Below are positions 37,277 to 49,127 of a stretch of DNA of 64,000 bases, in pieces. Under the pieces are notes generated by a model, which did no database searches, was not told where the DNA came from, and saw only the letters and a list, made by a program, of their open reading frames with translations. The position numbers and the translations under genes were made by a program. The stretch's first letter is position 1; each line of letters opens with the position of its first letter. This DNA comes from Macrostomum lignano (taxonomy: Eukaryota): NCBI GenBank assembly GCA_002269645.1, contig NIVC01003956.1:3573-67572 (forward strand), written 5' to 3'.

Positions 37277-37583
37277 ACCAGGAGGTCATGGGTTCAAGTG
37301 GGATGTGATAAATATAAAAACCCCGTAACGTGGCACATTTTTGTCTATTTTTAGAACTAGAAAAAAATGAATGAAGCAAACACAAAATACTCTCAGACAC
37401 ACAGAGTGGGTGGCTCCACTGGAGCACAAAGGCAGCCTTTATTTCAAAAGAGTTGTTTTCAAGGTATATACTAAGGTAAGTAGCGCGGAGTGAATGTTTG
37501 AATGATAATTGTCACTTTAAGTAGTAGCATGTCAATTTTTCTGGACGTCCAGAAAAAATTCTGTATATTGGTCTGTCATGTGT

Positions 37584-38430
37584 TTATTCATCAATAGAAG
37601 CGCTTCCCATTTCGCTAGTGGCTGCTTCAATCGTGTCGTTCTCTTCTTCATCAAGCATGCTGTCATCCTCTCCTTCAAAGTGCAGTTCGATGTCGAGTTC
37701 GAGGCGGCATGCGAAATTCTCATCTTCTGATGCTCTTTGTTCAATTGCCTTCTTGAACGTCAGAATGGTCTCAAAGCAATATCCAGAAATTACCAGACTC
37801 GGGTACTTTGTTGTTAGCTTGTAGAATGTAAATAGTCGCTGGGCAAACTTCACATCTATATCTAGCTTTCTCGCAACTCCTTCAATGCTCAGTCCGAGTT
37901 TTTCTTGCAACGCAGCAATTACTTCTGCTTGCTTCTTCCTGGCAATACAACCCAGCACTTCAAGGTCGGCGATGAAACCTTCCAGTTGATTCAACCGTTC
38001 GATCATGCGAGTCTCATCATCGCCAATGATAGATGTGCACACTTCTTTTGCGTTGTAGAACCTATAATGAAAATGGACTCAAATTATGATATTTGCTTTT
38101 ATTCAATGAAATTATGGAGAATGAAACTGAAACTTACCGAGTCCTGATAGTTGTTACTTCGTTTGTCACTCCTCTCATTTTTTCGATAAGGCGTTCAATA
38201 AATCGGCTTTCTCTAATAGATTTAGAATCGCTCTCTTTGCTCTTCTCTTCCTTCTTATCCTTCTTGAAGGACTCACATTCAATCTTTCGCAGTTTTTCCA
38301 GCAATGAGTTCTGCTCCTCGCTAGACAAGCGACTAACTGCAACTGCTGAACTTGATTGGTCTTTTGAGCTAATACTCTTAATCGTGGAAACTATCTTAGA
38401 TGGAAGCTTTCTATCGCTGGAAGAAGCCAT
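37584..38430 (-). CDS. Intact two-exon ORF, 256 aa, unknown function; exons 38430-38138 and 38061-37584
   Basis: ATG at 38430; 76-nt GTAAG...TTATAG intron joins the two ORFs in phase with no stop. HTH-like LGLSIEGVARKLDIDVKFAQRLF and an acidic C-terminus. Confidence 0.65.
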
Positions 38431-39914
38431 TTGAAATATGTTGTATAGATAGAATTCTAAACCTAAAGTAAATTTTCTCTTGCTCTTGCTTGCTAAGCTA
38501 AATGAAACTAATATAGCGATGGAGGGGAGGGTCGCAGTCAGCCGATAACAGGTTACAACTAGCAAAAGTGTGTGGGTGTGAGCCACGCGTTAAACTTAAT
38601 ATGATGTGTGTGAGTGTATTAGTTTCAACAAAGAATCTCTAACAATTACTCACACACCCGTTGTGCGAATTGAGATAGAGAGTATCTTTTAATAAACACA
38701 CAAATAACTAGCATAACGTTTTAGAGTTGGTGAGTGTGCCAGTCCTGCATCAGCCTGTAAATTGTTGTGAAAGACAGCTAGCATGAGGGGCACGCCTAGT
38801 GTCTTTTATGAGTTGAATGAGGGGGTTTGATGAAGATGAAAAAACACTGAACTCCTGTGAGAGTCTCGGAGAGTGGCAGCGGAGTGTGGTGTGAGTCAGT
38901 CTCCCCTAACTCCTACTAACCTAATAGCTACGTCTCGCGCAAATGGGCGGCGAGGAAATAGGTCTATGCGCCTGCGGCAGCAATAGACTCTAGGCCTATA
39001 AACTAACAGCTATTTCTTAGAATCGCGCACGAGTGCTGCGACTGCACACTCACTCTCACTCTTATTCGCGCCTGTGTCGCGAATAGACACGAGCAGAATG
39101 GCTTCAGCCCACTGCTTTCCTGCCAATAGGGTAGGCTGGAAAACCAGAGCTATAGCACTAGCAATGCTCTACCAGCGTGCTTTCTGCTTGAGCGCTGCAA
39201 TGCTCTGCCAAGACCTGCTCAGGAGCTTGCGTCTGCTTAGCGATGCTTATAGCTCTACCAAGACCTGCTCAGGAGCTTTGCTTCGCTGTTAACCGGCGCT
39301 AGAGCGCTTTCTCGGAGAAGATTCTCAACGAGTCTGACCAGCGGTCAAAACGGTTCTGAGGAAAAATTCAGACAAGAGGGCCTGCATTCGTTAATATAGA
39401 ACGCGGAGGGTGGAGCGTTTGGGCATTCCGTGGCTTGACCATGGAACTGCAGCCGAAAAGTGCGGATAATGATGCACAACAGATATTGATTAAACATGGG
39501 GGAAATAGCTTGCACGAAGCGCGGACAGTCGCCTCAAGCCACTAGTGACAATAGCATGCCAAATTTGGGCTTGTGCGCACAAGGCTGCACGTAAGGGAGG
39601 GTTAAGTTCGGGACACGGGGTCCGCGAAACCCTCAGTCTAAAAATAGAATGACGCATGGGGAGAGGCTCGGCACCTAACGGCCGTGGGCTAGCCAGACAA
39701 TCCACTAAACAAAAAATACGTGGCTAGCCAGGTGGCTCCACCGTGGACCCACACAGGCTAGCCCTTGCGAGTCCACACAGTGCGCACAGTGATAGTACGC
39801 TAGATATGCTAAGGAACGCTGCTTTTGGTCCGTGTGGGCTAGGGTGGGCTGGTCGAGTGCACCCGCGGACGGGAATGAGAAGTCTGGGAATTCTCTGAGT
39901 GTTAAAAATAGACA

Positions 39915-39986
39915 CCGCTAAAAATTGGTCGAGTGGCCAGTGGGCCTGACTTGAAATTGGAAGGTTTGAGGTTCGAATCCTGCTAG
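39915..39986 (+). other. Degenerate tRNA-like / SINE head
   Basis: A box TGGTCGAGTGG and B box GGTTCGAATCC; anticodon arm pairs poorly. Confidence 0.45.
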
Positions 39987-40929
39987 ACAAAATATCTTAA
40001 TGTAAATATTGTGCGTGTAAAAAAGCAGAACTTGCAGAAAAGCAGAAATTAGAATTTGAGTGAACAAACGGTAAATTATGGTAATGAGGATTATTATAAG
40101 GATTAAAGGATTGCTGGTTTAAGTGATGAAAATACACGTATTAGAAAAGTAGTATCGAAAGAGTAAAAATTATTATTTATTCGAACATAAATAAAAAACA
40201 GTGGAAATGACTTTTTTAATTTTAGTATTAGCACCCATACTTCTTCGTCTGTAATCATATTACTTTAAATCAGTAGCTCATTTTGGGATTGAAGAATTTA
40301 AGTGATTAAGCTCTCGATAATGTATTGGAGAGCCACTCATAAGCCAAATTGATATTAGGTTAGCCAATAGCCTAAACTAAGATGCACAGGGAAGGCCCCT
40401 TGCGTGCACGCGCTCGCAGCTCACACTGCTGCTAATATCAGTAGTAGTCTGAAGGGTAAGCTCAACCGCCTGCAAGTTAGCGATGTGGCAGTCCATTAGT
40501 GTAGCAGTTGCAGGCCTAAAGTAACTCTCATGAAGTCACGGACTCATGGTCCCTATTTTATTGGCTTGTTTTTCTTTTGGTACGGTTTGAGTCTAGCAGT
40601 ACTAATATTAATCACATAGTAATCTTTTGTAACACTTGGGGTGAAGCACATTTAGTTCCTGTCATATTTATTGTCATTGAAGTCGAAGATCAATTGTATA
40701 CCGGTGCCGTATTGATGTATCGTATTTTTTAAAAAAAGATTATTTATTTGGAAATTTAACTGTTGTGCTACCTTAGATACATTTTCTTCTGGTAAAAAAG
40801 TCTTCAGTTTTAAATGTATTGTGATAAAACTTGAAAACTCTCCTGCTTCTATCATAAACAAGTTATAAAATCTTAAAGTAAGTTTAGTTTTGTTAATGTT
40901 TTCCGTAGCTGTTGACAACAGGAACTAAT

Positions 40930-43013
40930 TACCTTTTGAGGTGGGGGTGGAGAAGAAAATAAAATTTTTGAAATTGTAGAATTAGGGTTTGTCGTCGGCA
41001 CGTAAAGCCGGAAAATTGCACAAATTGCTGCGTTGAGTCTTCTCCTTGGAAACTCCGTCTGCCGGGGTCCTCAATTCCGGGGGGAGGGTAGTCGTGTTCG
41101 TAGTCGAGCGGTCTTGTAGCGGCCCGGGTCGTTCAGATTGGTTCCTCGGACACCGTAAAATTCATAGTTCGTCGAAAATGCTCGCTTGGTTACTAACAGT
41201 AGTAAAGTAGCGCTGCCACCACCGTAAATGTCGTTTTACGGAACGTTGAGGGTCTCAGAGCTTTCTTTGAGTTGAGACTGACTGGTTATTTTACGCCCCG
41301 CGGGCAAATGACTCAATAGAAAACTAAAGGCTTCGATTCTGAACAACTGAATAAATATTATTAATATTTACTAACTTATTATGATTTCGTTATTATTATT
41401 ATTATCGTTAATTATTATAGCTACGCGAGATAATTGAGCAAAGACCAGAAACAAAGAACAAAACAAGCTAACCAACAACCAACAGGAGGGGGGATAGAGA
41501 AGAATTGAAAAAATGGTAGTAAACGCAATGATTTTTATACACAAATAATACATAGATCCAATTGGGGAAACACCGAGGGGAACACCGGGGGGAACACTGG
41601 CGGGAAAAAAGGCAAACCCCGGAAGGAACACAACAAAACAAAGTGGGACCAAGGGAAGGGGCAACTATTGGACCAAAGGTGGGGGCAACGAAGGGAAAGC
41701 GCACAGTTCATCCGGGGGAGCAGAAGTGACGTCAAAATTATCCCACCGGGTGGAGGCGCTTCGCGCGTCGCCAACCGTTGCAGGAGCCCCAGTGGTAGAC
41801 CGGCCTACCACAGGCGCGGGGGCGCCGGGGGGGGGACCTGGCAACAGTTGACGAGCGCCTCCGTTCGTCTTCTTAAGTTCGGCGGCCCCGTGTCGCCGGC
41901 CGGCCTCGGCGAGCAGGGGCATCAGGGTCGGACTGGGCGGAGCTGGCGACGCGAGCGTGGTGGCTGAGCTGCAGAAGGGCCGGGGTCAGCCCTCGCCCCA
42001 GCGTCGCAGCATTGTCCACGAAATGGCCGACCAGCGCGCAGAATGTCCCGTAGGGCAGACCTCCCGCTGACTGCCGCAGCCGTTCGCACAGAAAATCGGC
42101 AGTTGCGGACACGGCACGGGCCACAGCCGGTTGCCCTCGGGTCTGGGCATAACTGCGCCAGTGGCGGCCGTCTGACATCCGCCGATTGTTGCTGTCCCCG
42201 GCGAATTCCCACAGCAACAACTCGGCGAGGTGCTGGACTGGTTCGGCCGGGGGGGGGGGGAAGCGACTGCGGCCTCCACTGGCGACGGCTGGCTCGACCC
42301 GTTCGTCCAATTCGTCGGCGGAAATGGCGGGGTGATGAAGGGGTCTGGTCCCAACACGCGGACGGGCTCCGGCTCCTGGGCCAGGGGGACGGCATCCACC
42401 TGGTCTAGCAGCCGGTGCAGGCCGGTGCCGAGGCTACTCGCTGGCGAGGGCGCCGGAGCCGGTGGGGCCAGGCCAGGTGCGGCTTCGCTGAAGGGGTCGA
42501 AGGCTGCGAGCAGGTCCTGATCGAATTCCTCATTGTCGGCTTCGTAGCCGTTGACGTGCTCCAAAGCCTCGCGGATTTCGCGGCTGAGCGGAGACTCGTC
42601 TCCCATAGGATCGTCGGCAAACATAGTAGAATAGGTGATGTAGGAATCTCGCTGAGCAATTTCGGCCGGACGAACAGAATTGATGAAAAAATTAGAAAAT
42701 GGCTCCTTTAAATAGGGCACAAAATATTCCAACTGGTGGAATTGTAAACCAACCAGAGGAAATAAAATTCAACCGCTGGAATTGAGCCATCACCCCTCGT
42801 GCACTCTAAGGTGGCACACAGAGTTGGGGTGGGCGCATGAATCAAGGAGTCATAAAATAGATAACCGCGCGGCAGGGGTCCAAAATCAGAATGAATGAAT
42901 GGGGCGCCTCGCACGGCTCACAACAGGCTGGCGGTTAGAGAGAGGGGGGGCTGAATAATCGCATAAACAGTAGTTTAGAAAAATAGTAAGAAACATAGGT
43001 AGTTCCTAAAAAT
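40930..43013 (-). mobile_element. 3' region of a retroelement with an accessory ORF (42624-41873, one frameshift at the G12 run 42249-42260), 3' UTR and putative LTR
   Basis: Homologous to 7746-8877. Acceptor TTGCTCAG lies 27 nt before the ATG. Link to the pol at 45-47 kb is inferred from colinearity. Confidence 0.55.
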
Positions 43014-43015
43014 TA

Positions 43016-44009
43016 CGAGGGGTGTCCAAAAAGTAGTGATACTTTTAACCGTAGCTCTCGTTCTGTAGCTTCCTGTGATTTAAAATTTTATGAACTGATA
43101 GCGGGAAATCTATTCTACAGACTGCTTTTTGAATTTTTAAAATTGATACTAGAGAACAAAAGTTATACCCACGAAAGTAACAGTACCTGTACCATAGAGT
43201 TACACAAATTATATCGAAATTTATAGTAGTTGACTTCTGCACTCATTCATTAAGAAGGCATCGATAAATGTCTTGTTTAAGCAATACCAAACCCCAATTG
43301 CAAAATGTTGCTCACTGTGACTGACTGAAATTTATCTATGGACGGGATCAGGCGCAGAAAAATAAAGCATTAAATGCATTACTTTACTTGCAAACAGAGG
43401 ATCGCTTGCATTTTGCGATTCGTTCATGATTTCATTGCCCATACTCGACAACACACATGAATGTGCACTCAGTTGTTGCTCAGCAAAGTACTATCTTCAC
43501 TCTTTGGGGCGCTGGCCATGGTGCCTCAGAAATTCACGCAAAACTTTGCTCTGCGCACGGATCCTCTGCGGTCAGCAAAATGACAGTTTATCGATGGATG
43601 GAGCAGTTCAGCGAGGGAAGGATTGACTTGGCAGATCAGCATTGGACGGGGCGGCCATACGTTCATCGACCTGATGTACTGGCGGACTCCATTCTGAATC
43701 TTCTTGACGAGGACTCCCGAATGACCATTAGAGAGATCGCTGACAGGTTGGACAAGCCGAAATCAACAATTCATCGAAGCTTACTCGGCATGGATCTCGT
43801 GAAGCTCAGCCTATAATTTGTGTAACTCTATGGTACAGGTACTGTTACTTTTGTGGGTATAACTTTTGTTCTCTGGGATCAATTTTAAAAATTCAAAAAG
43901 CAGTCTGTAGAAGAGATTTTCCGCTATCAGTTCATAAAATTTTAAATCACAGGAAGCTACAGAACGAGAGCTACGGTTAAAAGTATCACTATTTTTTGGA
44001 CACCCCTCG
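43016..44009 (+). mobile_element. Mariner internal-deletion derivative, 994 bp
   Basis: TA TSD; about 198-bp TIRs beginning CGAGGGGTGTCC; ORF 43457-43816 has only the HTH regions (VSKMTVYRW, GRP, TIREIADRL) and no DDD domain. Confidence 0.9.
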
Positions 44010-44549
44010 TAGAATAGCAGATAGATACAGGCATGGCTGCTGAGTTAGAATTTGGATCTCCATACGGAGTTACACGAAAGGCAAAAGGCACTGGGAAAAG
44101 GGCTGGACAGGCGCCCTTACAAATTTTCCCAGGCTCGGCTCGGTCAAAACAAAGAAAAATGGGGGCCGTTCACCTCAGATGCCCTCCGCTGAGGACAAGG
44201 CCTAGAGCCAGGGTGGCTAGACCTGAGCGGGGCAAACGACTGGGGGCACAGAGCAACATTGGCTTGCAAAATTAAGAGATACCTTCAGCCATAAGCAAGG
44301 ACTGCAAGGTTTACAACTGAAATAAAAACTTCGCAAGTTAATGACACGCAATCGAGCAAAATTAATAAATCGCATGCGTATAAATAATTTTCGCGTAGGT
44401 GCTGGCCTTTTCCATCAAGCCTAAGGCTAAATATCAGAACGCAGAAGTGCGGGTCGCGTTGAATAAATATGACACCAATTGAGCATGAGCACAATGTACA
44501 AAGGCTTTTGACCGGAAAGCGTAAGGAGCAGAAATTAGGAAAATTAGTT

Positions 44550-44840
44550 GCTTTTGCCCTCAAGCATAAGGAAAGTACAGAAAATTAGTTGCTTTTGCCC
44601 TCAAGCATAAGGAAAGTACAGAAAATTAGTTGCTTCTGCCCTCAAGCATAAGGAAAGTACATTGAGAAACACTGCTTTTGCCATCAAGCATAAGGAAACG
44701 GACAAAAAAATTAGTTGCTTTTATCCCTCAAGCATAAGGAAAGTACATTGAGAAACACTGCTTTTGCCGTCAAGCATAAGGAAACGGACAGAAAAATTAG
44801 TTGCTTTTATCCCTCAAGCATAAGGAAAGTACATTGAGCG
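44550..44840. repeat. Tandem repeat with a 41-bp core and longer compound units
   Basis: AAAATTAGTTGCTTTTGCCCTCAAGCATAAGGAAAGTACAG repeated with variants. Confidence 0.85.
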
Positions 44841-44997
44841 GGGAAAATTGAAAAACTGCTTTCAGCACAGAACGGGTGCAGAGAAAGCTTACAGCAAGAT
44901 TTTTATTCAGAACGCGTTCACAAACTTAACTACTCATAGTAATGCGCAACGGTAATTAAGCTATTAGGCGCAATATTAAATCGCTGGTAAATACCTT

Positions 44998-47400
44998 TTA
45001 GAGCTCCATCTCCATGCCGATGTCAGGCAAGTCCGGGTCGCCTTCGGCGAGCACCTCAGGGTGGCGCAAGCTGGGCTCGAACAGCTGACTGCCTCGCAGG
45101 TCAGGCTGAGCTGTGGCCGGCTGCTCCGGCGCGGGCTGATCGGCTGGGTCGACTTCGCTGTCTTCGCTCGACTCATAGGGCAGCATTGGCCGCTCTGTCT
45201 GGCGCGGCGGCTCCTGTGGTCGATCTGCCATCATCTGCGGCACCTTGATGATGTTGTTGCGGTGAACTAGCATTTCAGCTGGGCGTCCTCGGCGGGCTGT
45301 CGCTGGCTTGATCCAATACGCCACTTCTCCGACTTTCTTGACGACCTTGTACATGCTCTTGTACGGCCGGTGGAACTTGGGCAGCTCTCCCAGTTCGAGC
45401 TTCGGGTTGGCCAGGCAGACCAGGTCTCCGGGCTGCAGCTCCACGGGCTTTGGCCGGTTCTCGTAGTACTCCTCTCGGCGCTGGATCTCGGCTCGCAGTC
45501 GCTGTCGCACAATTCGTTCTGTCTCGGCCAGTCTGCGCTGATGTTTGGCAATGTACTCCGGGAGATCAGCTGATACATCCAGTCGGTCTAGGGTGTTATC
45601 GATCGGATACCGGTAGGGCACTCCGTAGATGACATAATGCGGCGAGAACCCGGTTGTACGATTGACTGCTGATCTTAAAGCTGTTAAAGCGGCTGGAAAC
45701 ATCTTGTCCCATTGCTGATGGTCTTCTAGGAGACAGGTGAGCACCTTCTTGATGTTCTTATTGCACGACTCAGCTTGTCCATTAGCCCATGGCGAATACG
45801 GCGGCGTCGTTGTCTGCCGGATGCCGTAAACTTCGCAGAAGTGCCGGAACTCGTGTCCTGTGAACTGTTTCCCTTGATCGGAGTGAATCCATGCCGGGAT
45901 TCCGGTGATCGGAAACACTTGTTCCTGCAGGAGCATTATGATGGTCTTGGCCCGCTGATTCTTCATGGCGAAGGCGAAGGGGTATTTCGACGTAGTGTCG
46001 ACTTAGGTCAAGATGTACTTGTTTCCTCGGCCTGTCGGGTCTCCAGTGGGGCCCAGGATATCGATTGCACATCGCCCATAGATTTCACAGACCGGAAACG
46101 ATTGTACATGCGCCGGAATTCGTCGCCGTCCTTTGCTCTGAGTACAGGTCTGGCAGGATGCGACATAGTCGGACACTGCCTTGGCCAGAGCAGTGTGAGC
46201 CGTCCCCGTGCGCTGCGCGCTCTTGTCAGCCCCGCTGTTCAATGTACTCTATCTCCCGCCAGCCAACTTAACCCTTCGGCCCTTGCAATATTCAAACCCC
46301 CACCCCATTCAGTTCTTCTCTCCTCTGCAGCCAATCGGCTTGAGCTTTGGCCCTTCTAGCATTATGTACATCGTATTGCATATCGATCAACCACAATATA
46401 TAATAGCACGCAAGGCCAAGTGGAAGCCTAAGCTTTTTTCCATTCGCAATTAATTGAGCCTTTACAGGCAGGTCGCCAGAACCTTTCGCGCACCTTCGCG
46501 ATGGTGAAGTCTCGGCCCATGTGTCCGCAGTAGGGTGAACCGTGGAGGTCGGCGAACACCGTGGCGTCGAGGCTCTTCGGCAGGACGATCCGCGCCGTTT
46601 CCTCCTCGCCAATATCGTCGAAATGAATTACCAGTAGTCCATCGTCTCGGACTTCGAGCTGCTCGTAGAACGCTAGTAGGTTTCGTTCGTCTCGCGTCAT
46701 ATTCAAACGCTGATTCAGCGGCGGCTTCGGCTGTCGGCTTTCCAAAAGATTGATCATCATGGCGATGGCAAAGTCAGCACGCTGATGAGTCTGGAGCTCC
46801 TCACGAGTGACTGGCCTCGGGATGTGATCAGTTAGATTCAATGTTGGGCGTCGGTTAGTTAAATTAGTCGGCGCGGCTTCGGCTGTGGCGGCATGGTTCG
46901 GGGTCTGGAGCTCCCTCCGCATGATCGCTACTCTGGCCGGTTGCCGGGTTGTTGATGTGCCCGAAGGTCGATCCTCGTCGGTATCTTCGGCGTCACTGTT
47001 GTCGGATTCAGATCGGTCAGCAGTTGATGATGAGTCAGCAGAGCTGTCCGCACCGCTGCTGAATCTCACTCTTTTCTCGAACTTCGGGCAGCGAGCGGGT
47101 TGGCAGCTGTCCTCTCTGGCTGCGCTGTGGTCGCTGTCCGTGCCGTCTCCAGCTAGTAGTCGGCGGCTCCTTGACAGGCAACATGTCGTGCTACTGAAAC
47201 TGGTAGGCGACCTCTGCGAGTCATAGTAACGACTGGCTGATGGCCTCGGCTTCGTCGCCGGCGGGTGCAGCTCTGTCAGCGGCTTGCTGTCGGCTGTCGG
47301 TGTTGCTGGCGGCGTAGCCTCGCCGTTGGACTCCTTCAGCTTAGTCGGCGGTTTCCGTCGCTTACGGCGGGTCGACGGCTTCTTGCTCGTCGCTCGGCGG
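44998..47400 (-). mobile_element. Ty3/Gypsy pol 3' part (linker, integrase with GPY/F-like region), 5'-truncated
   Basis: LHGSPYCGHMG, CQTC, IDILGP, HSDQGKQF and GQAESCNK motifs; closely related to the 31-35 kb copy. Confidence 0.92.
46194..46466. mobile_element. Solo LTR (273 bp) inserted in the integrase HHCC region
   Basis: TG...CA ends; 5-bp TSD AGCAG/GGCAG. Removing it restores WRPALAK. Confidence 0.8.
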
Positions 47401-49127
47401 GTCGAAAATATAATAGACTGAGAGTGATAAGTTGATACGTTGCAGTAGATAGAGAAGTAGAGGGAGAGTAATGTATATATATATATCCAATTGTCAGAGA
47501 GTGAGATTCTGAGATGGGAATTTTATGAGAGTGAGATTATGTAGAGAAAGTTAGGGGAAAGAGGCGATGAAGATGGAGAGAGGAATAGACTAGCAGATTG
47601 GGTAGATCTGCTGATTCGGGGGAATCGAATGTCAAGGTACCCTAAATAAAATAAATGAAGTAGATTGAGCAAGTAGGGTTACAATCCTCTCGCACCTCCT
47701 TATCTTCAATGCAGGAAGTGTTCCGACTCCTCTGCTTTTACTGCCGAATCTGCAGCTGTCAGGTGCTCGGGAATTGTTTGGGAACATTCAGTCATTGATA
47801 AACCGATTGCTGTCTGATGCCAGTGTCCTGTACGGTGACATTATAATGACATACAATACCCACGTGCTTTTGCACATTTTGCACATTGTCTGAGCTGAAT
47901 GCTATGGAAATTTGTTTGCTAGGAATACCCGTTTAGCGCATTAGGTATTTCGATTATTTATCTTTGAATGTTTCTTCTTTTATGTTTGCTACGGAATATC
48001 TCATGAAGTGAAATATATTTGTATTTTTATATTTTTAGGAGAGAGTTAGCGTTTTCAATTCTGCATTTTTTCGAGCTTGAACGTCTTGAGTCTGGGTTAT
48101 GAATAATTCATTTCTCTGTTGTTCCTAAAACAAATACAAGACTATTAATACCAGCTATTTCATTTTTGAAGCCTTTCATTTGCACGAAGTGTCAGTTGTT
48201 TGTTGCCACCTGCATTCAGTATTTAGAATCAAAAGCAAGATATATATATATATATGGAAACCTAAAGACGAACTAACTCTACATCTGTTCATGGGGCTAT
48301 ACGGGCATACAGATAAGATATCGGCTGTGCTCCGCTACCTCAGACACTCAATCATCCTGTCATAGACAGTTTTATGGCAGGAAGACTGTTTTAACCGCAG
48401 GCCCTTATCGAAAAATATATGGTCTGTTGCGCGGACCCCGTGAGTAAGTAAGCAACTGGACACGGGGGCAATGCTTCTCCCTCCGTCTTTCCCCCCAGTT
48501 GGGGGCTTGGGGGTCTTTGTTCCACGAGGGAACTTTGTTCTTTGTTTCTTTTTTTCCCTTATTGTAAATGTATCTAAGAAGGCGCATTTCCAACGAATTG
48601 GGTTGATCACTTCCAAACCTGCTTATCAAAATCGAAACTGCATTTTTATTCCTTGGTCTGTTGGGGCTGACTGGGAAATTGAAAATTTTTTGATAGGAAA
48701 AAAGGCAAATTGGCTAAAACTAAAAAACAATGGCTCTGTGAACTTTTTATGCAAAAGGCTTGCGATGGTATGAATGTCTCTCTCTTTCCCTTCTCTTTGT
48801 TCTGTCACGAAAATCTTTACCGGAGAGACACAAGCCTCATTTTAAATACATGGCCTAAATGTGTTAAAAAAAGAATAAAAAATATTCTAGGATCTACGAG
48901 AACTATAAAGTCCATATTCATGTCTCATTCCCTTACCAAACCCAGACATGACTATCACTGGAACCGCGTACAGTTAAGAAAACAAGTATTGGTTTCTCTC
49001 TTACTCGTTCTGAGCGCTTGTGATAAGAATCATATCCATAACTCTATGGCTCGTAGATAACATTTGACATGAATTTCTAACTCAGTGTGCGTGTGCACGC
49101 TCTCGAAATGCACAAGCATACAGTGGA

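Noticed and set aside
41873-42310. Tyrosine-recombinase (DIRS) core-binding domain
   Set aside because: Only a superficial helical pattern; no RHRY catalytic residues or DIRS terminal structure seen.
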